Shown: in pieces, positions 56,928 through 64,000 of the stretch
Numbering within the stretch: the first letter of the stretch is position 1
Layout: each line of letters starts with the position of its first letter
DNA from: Bacteriovoracia bacterium
Lineage (GTDB): Bacteria > Bdellovibrionota > UBA1018 > JBFWNL01
Direction of reading: 5' to 3'
NCBI GenBank assembly: GCA_050251055.1
Contig: JBFWNL010000004.1
Coordinates: 1 to 64,000, forward strand
DNA length: 64,000 nucleotides
The notes under the pieces: model-generated
What the model was told of the DNA's origin: nothing
The model's input: the letters and a program-made list of their open reading frames with translations, nothing else
The model's database searches: none
Program-made: the position numbers and the translations under genes

Positions 56928-57641
56928 ATGCTTTCAAAAATTATCGATGAAGCGAGAGAGTACACGCGGCCTATAGTAATTCTCTACCGAATGAAAGACG
57001 GAAGAGTTGAATCCAACATCGGAACATTTTTCCATATAGACGATCTAGGGCACATCTTGAGCGCAAGTCATATCTTTAAAAAAGGTTCTGAAGATCCCAT
57101 CATCGAAACTTCCCTAATCTTCGATGACCGGTATTCTGAAGCTCAATACGTCGCCGACGACCCCACAAACGACATAGTCTTAATAAAAATCAAAAACTAT
57201 AAGCCAGGCTCAATCAAAACCTTCCCAAAGTTTTTAAATAGCTTAGTTACTGAGCTGCCTCGTGGCACAACGTTAGTTCGTTTGGGATACCCGAGGGGTG
57301 AACCATACTCCCATATTCCAGCTACATGGGATGAAAAAGAGAAATGCTTTATTCTGGGGAAGAATGTTCGGGTCACCTGCTATCATAACGAAGGAACCGT
57401 GATTGACTACGTGGATCGCGAGAGCGATTTTCGCCTGATTGAGATAAGTTCTCCCGCACTAATGGGGCAGAGCGGTGGTCCTATATTAACGCACAAAGGA
57501 ATTGTAGTCGGTCTACAGTCGAGGAATACTGGATTTGGACTTCCCACAAAATCGGTTCTCGAGACAGGCCTAGCAATCTCGCATATTGCTATTGCTCGAT
57601 TCTTAGAAAAAATTCCAACCGTCCGACCAACTTGGGCTTGA
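56928..57641 (+). CDS. Trypsin-like serine protease without signal peptide
   Basis: GTFF, LSASH (His), DIVLI (Asp), LGYP, GQSGGP (Ser). Confidence 0.88.
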   Translation: MLSKIIDEAREYTRPIVILYRMKDGRVESNIGTFFHIDDLGHILSASHIFKKGSEDPIIETSLIFDDRYSEAQYVADDPTNDIVLIKIKNYKPGSIKTFPKFLNSLVTELPRGTTLVRLGYPRGEPYSHIPATWDEKEKCFILGKNVRVTCYHNEGTVIDYVDRESDFRLIEISSPALMGQSGGPILTHKGIVVGLQSRNTGFGLPTKSVLETGLAISHIAIARFLEKIPTVRPTWA

Positions 57642-57789
57642 AATTTTTGCTAGAAGAACTCCAAGATAGCGCGACGCAGCAATTAAGCGCGCTATGTACG
57701 GTAGCAACCGTACGTCCCCCGAAGAAATCGCGTACAAAAACTTCGCGGCCACATAGACAACCCCGTTCCCACCCAGTATATCCGCGCCC

Positions 57790-58641
57790 ATGAAAATCCA
57801 GCTCGCCGCCCTGTCTTTGTTCGCGTTCCCCATCGCTTCCGCGCCCGCGGCCGACTCAATACCCGAGCTACAAACCGAGATCACAAGTCTCCTCGCCCAG
57901 CCGGCCATTGCCGCAAAGATCGCGCTCGAGAACGAAAAACTCGACCTGCAATGTGCGTCGCTTGGTGACCAAGAAGATGCGAAGCTAATCTTTCCGCTCG
58001 ACGAAAATAACTCTCTCCGCAATCACGCTGAAATCCTACCTGGCATTCGCCGTTTCGAAATGCCAACGCTCGAGGCTTTGCAACTCGCTCACGCGCAAGG
58101 CCACTGCGACGTCGCCATATCCCTCAATAAGGAATGCCTGATGGCTCAGTTTGATACGAATGGCGATGGGGCGTTCAGCCCCTCGGAAGCGGAGATCGCG
58201 AACCAAAAGCTCCTCGCTTACGGCGCTTCCCCGGAGATCATTCGGGATCTACTCGAGTTCTATGCCCGCAACGGAAAAATCTGTCTGTCACCTAGGTCGA
58301 ATCCTTGGCACCAAGTTCTTCCGGCCAAAGAACCCGAAGAAGGAATTGATCAAGTCTTTGCCGCACTCGAAATCATCATTGAATCAAAACGGGCTAAAAA
58401 AACCGTTTGCTTTCACTGTGCCTACGGTAAGCATCGCACCGGATTAGTCGCCGCGCTGATCGAACTCGCGCGGGCGCCGAACCTTGACTCGGCAACCTTC
58501 GCCACCACGTATCGCCGATATTTAAAGCATGCTTGGTTCTCCGATTGCGCAAGTCGCATACAGACGCTCGAAATCATTCCTACAATCGTGGAAAGTCGGC
58601 CGTTTCAGAACTTCAGAGCGCGAGTGATGTCCGGGATCTAG
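57790..58641 (+). CDS. Exported tyrosine/dual-specificity phosphatase-family protein with EF-hand-like loop
   Basis: Signal peptide, DTNGDGAFSPSE, HCAYGKHRTG (CX5R). Confidence 0.8.
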   Translation: MKIQLAALSLFAFPIASAPAADSIPELQTEITSLLAQPAIAAKIALENEKLDLQCASLGDQEDAKLIFPLDENNSLRNHAEILPGIRRFEMPTLEALQLAHAQGHCDVAISLNKECLMAQFDTNGDGAFSPSEAEIANQKLLAYGASPEIIRDLLEFYARNGKICLSPRSNPWHQVLPAKEPEEGIDQVFAALEIIIESKRAKKTVCFHCAYGKHRTGLVAALIELARAPNLDSATFATTYRRYLKHAWFSDCASRIQTLEIIPTIVESRPFQNFRARVMSGI

Positions 58642-58664
58642 GAAATCCGGCTTCACCTAGCGGA

Positions 58665-58685
58665 GCCCGCCCAAGACAAGCGGGC
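58665..58685. terminator. Hairpin between convergent genes
   Basis: GCCCGC-CCAAGACAA-GCGGGC; no clear U tract. Confidence 0.35.
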
Positions 58686-58713
58686 CCCAAACCCAGTTCC
58701 TCCCTCCCGTAAA

Positions 58714-60678
58714 CTACCGGGGTACGCGAAACCACCGCAGATCCCGGGCCATGCCATCAGAATCCCGATCCCGCATGGGAAGAATGTCTCCGTTCGCGGC
58801 GAAGCTCAGCTCCTTGATAAACATCGTCCGGCAAAAACGATTCGTGCAGCTCGCGGTGGAAAAGAGCGCATGAAAAACGGCGTAGTATTGATAGGTGTTT
58901 CCCACTTGGGTCTCGAAGACTTCTCCACCGCCGTAATAAATGCCGTCCGCCGCGAGACGATTCGTGCCCGCAAGTAGGAGCCGTTCTTGGGTGTCGCTCG
59001 CCTGAGTCCAATTGTAGGCACCCAGTGTTGCTCCGATCGCCGTGTCGCCTTTTTTGTAGAACATCGCGTAAGCAGCGCTATCGGCGGTATTGCGGCTGTA
59101 GACGGAGTAGTACTTTCCGTTATTGCGGTTATAGAACATCGCACCGCCTTCGGCCACCGCCGCTCCTTGACCCCAGGCCGCGCCACCGATGGTCATACGC
59201 CCTTCGGGCACGTTCGAACCTTCGACGACCAAGTTTGTGTTCTTGTGATAGGCGACGGGGTAGGGTTCCGGATGCGGGGACTGGCCGTCGAAGAAAGCGC
59301 CTCGCATCGGGTGCATGGCGGTGTGATTGCCACGCAAGATATCGCTCGCCGGGGTTGAACCCCACGACACCCAGTTGTAAAGCATCCAGGTCAACCCTCC
59401 CGGCGCGGGATCACGGAACACGGAAGGCCCCAGCGCGGCGGCCGTTTGATCGATGTGCCCGGCGCCGACGTCGTTGCGATTGTGCCCCATGCGCAAGTAG
59501 CTACGCTGGGCGTAGTGGGGGGCCACGAAGAGCTCGGGGCTCACGAAGCTCGGGATGAACCGGGCCGCCAGCGGCGCGCTCACCGCGCGACCGCCGTCTA
59601 AGCGAAGGTTACCGGCGCCGTCATCATAGCCCAGCCAGCTTGGCTCGTGCGCACGCGATGGCGCGGCGGCGAAAGTGCTGGTGGCGTTTTCGAGATCGCT
59701 CGTCGGAATCGTCACGAACTGGATTCCCTGGAAAAAGTGCGAATAGTCCTCGGCATTGTAGGGCGCGGGCAACCCGTTGCCGTTGCAGTACATCCCGGCC
59801 CGGCACTCCGTAGTGGTAAAATACAACCGCACTACGCCCGGATTGGCGGGATCGTAATCCAAATGCGCGTCCCAAATGTGACGAAACGATCGCCGTCCCC
59901 CCGGAAAACCGGGACGATTATAGAGAGTGAGTAATCCATCGTCGCCGTCCTGATCCGCCGGAAACGCATACATGTGAAAATTCCAGTTCACGAGGTCCGA
60001 CGACCGCCAGATGTGAATGTTGCTGGTGGGCTCGGACGTGCCAGTCAAGTAGTACCAGCTTCCGATTTTTTTGACTTGGGGATCCGCGAGAATCCGAGGA
60101 TCTGTCATTTCAGAGTTGGACGCGAAGTTGTACCGGGTCACGTTACCGACGGTGCGTCGATTCGGAATCAGGCAATACTCGCCTGCGTCGCTAGCCGCGT
60201 AGCTGGCATCGACGGCGTAGCTTCCGAGTAATTGTTTTTTTGGGCACGGGCTGAAGTTGAACGCCCGGCTGGACTGCGTCGACAACCCGTCGCGGTTGAC
60301 TTGCCGGACGCTGACCGTACGGCTACCGGGATTGCCCGTAAAAGCTAAACTGAAAGAAACAGTACCGTTTGGGCATCCTAATGCAGCCGGCGAGCTCTGT
60401 CCCGCAACGGGGGTCACCGTCACCGTGCCACCTTGGCGATCGCAAGTCACGCTAAAGGAAAAACTTACCCCCTCGGTGCGCGAATTCGCGGCCGGCGTCG
60501 CGAAAGCCACGGCAACGGCGCCCGTAGAACTGGTTTGAATAGGATTGACGGCGGGCTGAGGCATGCGGCCGACGGATCCGGTCCGCGACGAATCGGTTTC
60601 TTCCTTCACGCAACCCGCAAAGGAAAGCGAAAATAAAATGGGAATCCAGACGGTGGTCCACGTGGCTTTTCGATACAT
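58714..60678 (-). CDS. Lipoprotein with Ig-like domain and GH43-like beta-propeller
   Basis: Lipobox FAGC; ADPQVKKIGSWYYLTGT, SSDLVNW, VAEGG, YYSVYS, YAVFHA. Confidence 0.75.
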   Translation of the reverse strand: MYRKATWTTVWIPILFSLSFAGCVKEETDSSRTGSVGRMPQPAVNPIQTSSTGAVAVAFATPAANSRTEGVSFSFSVTCDRQGGTVTVTPVAGQSSPAALGCPNGTVSFSLAFTGNPGSRTVSVRQVNRDGLSTQSSRAFNFSPCPKKQLLGSYAVDASYAASDAGEYCLIPNRRTVGNVTRYNFASNSEMTDPRILADPQVKKIGSWYYLTGTSEPTSNIHIWRSSDLVNWNFHMYAFPADQDGDDGLLTLYNRPGFPGGRRSFRHIWDAHLDYDPANPGVVRLYFTTTECRAGMYCNGNGLPAPYNAEDYSHFFQGIQFVTIPTSDLENATSTFAAAPSRAHEPSWLGYDDGAGNLRLDGGRAVSAPLAARFIPSFVSPELFVAPHYAQRSYLRMGHNRNDVGAGHIDQTAAALGPSVFRDPAPGGLTWMLYNWVSWGSTPASDILRGNHTAMHPMRGAFFDGQSPHPEPYPVAYHKNTNLVVEGSNVPEGRMTIGGAAWGQGAAVAEGGAMFYNRNNGKYYSVYSRNTADSAAYAMFYKKGDTAIGATLGAYNWTQASDTQERLLLAGTNRLAADGIYYGGGEVFETQVGNTYQYYAVFHALFSTASCTNRFCRTMFIKELSFAANGDILPMRDRDSDGMARDLRWFRVPR

Positions 60679-60912
60679 AAAAAACCTCTCTCGTTCTTTA
60701 ACGAAACTGGCTTAATTGCACCGAATACCCCGTACGCACTCTGAGAGTGCAACGCGCGGACCAAGCGATTGCAGCCGTGAATGGCTTGAATTTATTGATG
60801 AGTTTCCTAAAAAAACCGTCAAACAACCAGACAGGGGTGACTACCTGTTTTAAGTGTCCGCGCCGACACAGGGAGGAGGGTAAATCCGTGCGCCGTTTTA
60901 TAAAGACACGCG

Positions 60913-61782
60913 CTACTTGGCGCCTACGATCTTTAGGAACTTCTCGATTGCGGGCTGCATCTCGCCCGCGCTCACCCGGCGCTCCATCTCGTCGCGCTCG
61001 GACTCGACGGCCTTGGCTTCGTAGCCCGCGAGCACGGCATCGGGGATGATTCCGCTGCCCGGATCGAAATAAGACGATGAAATGATCACGGTGCCCCCAT
61101 CGAAAGGCCGGAACCAGATCGTGCCCGCGTTTTCCTTGAAACGATCCGACTCGGTCATCTCGAACTCGAGCCGGTAATTGGGCGCGCCGAACGGCCGGTA
61201 GTCGATGCGGTACTTCGCGCGGCCGAAGGCGAGAATTTCCGCCACGTAATCGACCGATATCTTGGGCTTGGCGCCGGAAGCGCGGGTCGGCTTCGCCGAA
61301 CGGATGCCGGGCACGACACCGACGGCGGAATCGAAGTCCGACCAAACGGCGATCGCCTGTAGCGGCGTGACCTTGGCCTTTTGCAAAATGGTGATCGTGC
61401 TACGAGGTTTGCCTTCGACGGGCGAGCGGAACTTTAGTGATTTACCGGCCTTCAGATCCCGCATCGAATCCTCGGGCAGGTTATCGAGGCTCACCGGAAT
61501 TTCCTGCCCGTCGTCCTTGATCTCGATCAGGTCGGGCGCGAGCGAATCACGCAGCGAGCGGGCGATGCCGGAAATTTCGCGCAGCGATTGCGCGAGCGAG
61601 CGCATCTCGTCGACCATGGCGCGGATATACTCGCGATCCCGTTCCAGTTCTTCCGCCATGCGCTTGGTGCTTTGATCCATGGACTCGACATGAGTGTAGA
61701 GCTTCCCGCAGCCAAACTGCGTGGAGACCGATAGTCCGAACAAAAAGATGCCTAAAACTGCCAAAACCGAGGTGCGTTTCAT
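60913..61782 (-). CDS. Lipoprotein with coiled coil and START/SRPBCC-like domain
   Basis: QFGC lipobox-like, coiled coil, AVWSDFD...VPGI...GTIWFRPFDGGT. Confidence 0.6.
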   Translation of the reverse strand: MKRTSVLAVLGIFLFGLSVSTQFGCGKLYTHVESMDQSTKRMAEELERDREYIRAMVDEMRSLAQSLREISGIARSLRDSLAPDLIEIKDDGQEIPVSLDNLPEDSMRDLKAGKSLKFRSPVEGKPRSTITILQKAKVTPLQAIAVWSDFDSAVGVVPGIRSAKPTRASGAKPKISVDYVAEILAFGRAKYRIDYRPFGAPNYRLEFEMTESDRFKENAGTIWFRPFDGGTVIISSSYFDPGSGIIPDAVLAGYEAKAVESERDEMERRVSAGEMQPAIEKFLKIVGAK

Positions 61783-61839
61783 GTCCCGCGGGTTTTAGTA
61801 TAAATGACGAAAGGGGTCAATCTTAGGGATTACGTAGAA

Positions 61840-62586
61840 TTAGAGCTGAAAGAGGCGAACCACGAGCGGCCAAGTTACCGTATGTGTGGCTGAATTCCCC
61901 CAAGCGCGCCGGATCGCCTCGGCCGCCGGGGGAAGGGGGTCCTGGCCCTGTCTTTGGATATAAGTAGCGAGCGCCGACCACGTACCCAGGTAGCCCACCA
62001 TCTGCTCACAGGTCCACTCGGCAGCCATCTCAAAAGTCGGCGCAGAGATGGCAGGAAACGGAACCTCAATGCTGCGATAACCCTCTTCCACCCAACGCCG
62101 CTCGGGCTCCCAGTAGCTCCCCAGGACACCGCTATAGAAAGCGCCGACGGCGGCGTCGACTTCGGGCGTGACCCGGGCGTTGGCGTACGACCAGATCGCC
62201 AAGTGCGCGCCCGGTCGCGCGACTCGACGCACTTCTGTGTAAAACTCCGCATGCCGAAACCAATGAAACGCTTGGGCGACCGTAACGAGATCCACGCTGC
62301 CCGCCACTAGCGAGGTGCGCTCGGCGGGCTCCACCCGGTACTCCACGCGCGGATGAGCGGGCGCCGAGCGGATCTGCTTCTCGCTCGGATCGGTGGCGAT
62401 GACCCGGGAAAAATCCTGCGCCAGTTCGATCGCGGCTTGCCCATTGCCCGTTCCGCAATCCCAGACCAGCGCGCGCTCGCGAGCAGTCCGAGCCAGAAAC
62501 TGGAACAGCGCTTTCGGATAAGTCGGTCGATACCTCGCGTAGTCCGAGGCCTGGGTCGAGAACAGGTCTTTAAACGGCTTTTTCAA
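61840..62586 (-). CDS. Class I SAM-dependent methyltransferase
   Basis: YARYRPTYP, WDCGTGNGQ, TDPS, VTVAQAFHWF. Confidence 0.92.
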   Translation of the reverse strand: MKKPFKDLFSTQASDYARYRPTYPKALFQFLARTARERALVWDCGTGNGQAAIELAQDFSRVIATDPSEKQIRSAPAHPRVEYRVEPAERTSLVAGSVDLVTVAQAFHWFRHAEFYTEVRRVARPGAHLAIWSYANARVTPEVDAAVGAFYSGVLGSYWEPERRWVEEGYRSIEVPFPAISAPTFEMAAEWTCEQMVGYLGTWSALATYIQRQGQDPLPPAAEAIRRAWGNSATHTVTWPLVVRLFQL

Positions 62587-64000
62587 GGAGGATCTCTTTC
62601 CACTGGGTTTCGCGTTCGACCCAGAGTCGATCCATCGCTTCTAACATCTGCCGCCACGCTTGACTATCGGGTTCATCGGGGCCGAAGCGGAGCCGTTCGT
62701 CGAGCGCGTACCAATCACGCCAAGCCGCATGCCCGCGGGTCGCCTGCTCGTCCGCCTTCCCACACTTTTCCCGCAGTCGCGCCAACCGCGCCCGGCGCTT
62801 GCGGAGTTCGCGGAGATCGCCGCGATCCACCGATCGGGTCCGACGAAACCCCCGTCCTCTCGGAGTCCACCGGCGAAAATTCCGCACCAGGATCACCCCT
62901 AGGCCAATCAGGCAAACGACTACGAGAGCGAGCTCAAAAGACAACGAATGGTCTTTGTCATCGAATGCAGGAGGCTCTGATGCCTCCGACGGGCTCCCTT
63001 TGGACCCAAACGGGGAAAGATCCTGGATACCGCCCCACAGAACGCTCCACGCCATCTCGCCCGCCTGCTTCTGCTCGCCGGCATCGAAGCTCACGACGTA
63101 CTTGTTCCAATACGCAGCCAAGTATTCTTGGGTTTCCTGCACGAGATCCCACGCGTTGCGCTGAAAGTCGACCCGCTGGGGCGTGGGATCGTAGGGACGC
63201 CACCCGGTTTCGCGATCCCAGTACTCGACCCAGGCATGGCCGTCGCCGGTGCGATAGACGATCACGTCGCCCAGAGGGGGCCGACCGCTGCGAAATCCCG
63301 CCACCAAGCGTGTCGGCACGCCCGCTAGACGTAGGAGCAGGGTCGAAGCGGAAGCGAACATCTCGCAGTGACCGGCCTTCTTTCGAAGGAGAAATTCTTC
63401 CAGATTGGCGACTCCCCGGTTGTTCTCCGCCGTCGTAAGATTCGACTGATCGCCGCTTCCCACGAACTTTTCTCGGATGAAATACTCCCGAAGCAACGAG
63501 ATCTTCTCAGCGGTGCCAGTCGCACCCCCGAAGATCCGCTTGGCCAACTTCGGCCAAACCGAGCCAGGGGCGCGGAGCGCCTCGGGAACGGAAAGATCCA
63601 CCTCGGACACCGTCGTGTTTTCCCGGATCGTGGTGGATACGTGCACTTGGTACTGCAAGCGTTTACGCGCGCTCCCTGGGCTGAACCAGCTGCCGTCGTG
63701 GTGACGGGAGAGCACTTGGAAGTTCGAGTTGTAATTCATCTCGAGATAACGCGATCCATAAGGCGCCGGGATCACGGGATTGTCGATCGGCTCGCGGATG
63801 AATTCCAGCGACCATCCCGCCGCGACCGGGCCGGCGATATTGCGGCCCTTCCAAAAATTTTTCCGATTGTATTTGGATGACCAGCGGTTCCCGTCGAAGT
63901 GATTGAGCGTTTTCCCGCGCAAGTACCGGGTAGCTAGCCAGATGCGCGAAGTATCGGCAGCGTAACGGGAAGGAATGAATAGCCTAACCGCGGCCACGCC
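62570..64000 (-). CDS. TgpA-like transglutaminase-domain membrane protein (5' end outside the window)
   Basis: YLRGKTLNHFDGNRW, GHCEMFASA, HAWVEYW, YDPTP triad motifs, C-terminal TM. Confidence 0.88.
   Translation of the reverse strand, partial: GVAAVRLFIPSRYAADTSRIWLATRYLRGKTLNHFDGNRWSSKYNRKNFWKGRNIAGPVAAGWSLEFIREPIDNPVIPAPYGSRYLEMNYNSNFQVLSRHHDGSWFSPGSARKRLQYQVHVSTTIRENTTVSEVDLSVPEALRAPGSVWPKLAKRIFGGATGTAEKISLLREYFIREKFVGSGDQSNLTTAENNRGVANLEEFLLRKKAGHCEMFASASTLLLRLAGVPTRLVAGFRSGRPPLGDVIVYRTGDGHAWVEYWDRETGWRPYDPTPQRVDFQRNAWDLVQETQEYLAAYWNKYVVSFDAGEQKQAGEMAWSVLWGGIQDLSPFGSKGSPSEASEPPAFDDKDHSLSFELALVVVCLIGLGVILVRNFRRWTPRGRGFRRTRSVDRGDLRELRKRRARLARLREKCGKADEQATRGHAAWRDWYALDERLRFGPDEPDSQAWRQMLEAMDRLWVERETQWKEILLEKAV

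Larger units (their letters stand above)
53203..57641. mobile_element. AT-rich horizontally acquired islet next to tRNA-Asn (no integrase or attR seen)
   Basis: Abrupt change in base composition and codon usage directly after the tRNA; defence-type cargo. Confidence 0.6.

Noticed and set aside
53080-58714. attR duplication of the tRNA 3' end
   Set aside because: No copy of the tRNA 3' sequence was found by eye downstream, and there is no integrase

Overview
GC-rich bacterial chromosome segment, most consistent with Bdellovibrionota/Oligoflexia (inferred from two short ~277-aa flagellins, a fliD-fliS-TPR-GT9 block and many orphan lipoproteins). Housekeeping genes: recN, nadK, rarA, lpxH, meaB, dedA, xerC, trmFO, prs-pth-ychF, an oppA-like gene and tRNA-Asn. 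Three accessory loci stand out. (1) 25.6-33.3 kb: a translationally coupled operon encoding an outer-membrane barrel protein, a TPR lipoprotein, an 807-aa apparent FliF-FliG-like fusion, a stand-alone cNMP-binding protein, MotA and MotB, followed by a Zn-ribbon/TM/SH3b protein. It has no rod, hook, export or FliM/N genes. Manual alignment suggests a reciprocal charge swap at the rotor-stator interface (FliG R281->E, MotA E98->K). This is the best candidate for an undescribed, non-flagellar, envelope-spanning rotary machine. (2) 46.5-51.2 kb: a Haliangium-type microcompartment locus (2 BMC-T, 1 BMC-H, 3 BMC-P, aldehyde dehydrogenase, 2Fe-2S ferredoxin) with no signature enzyme. (3) An AT-rich island after tRNA-Asn with a Type IIG-like RM fusion carrying an extra SocA/DarG-C-like tail and a divergent cytoplasmic trypsin-like protease. 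All family calls are by eye from motifs; no searches were run.
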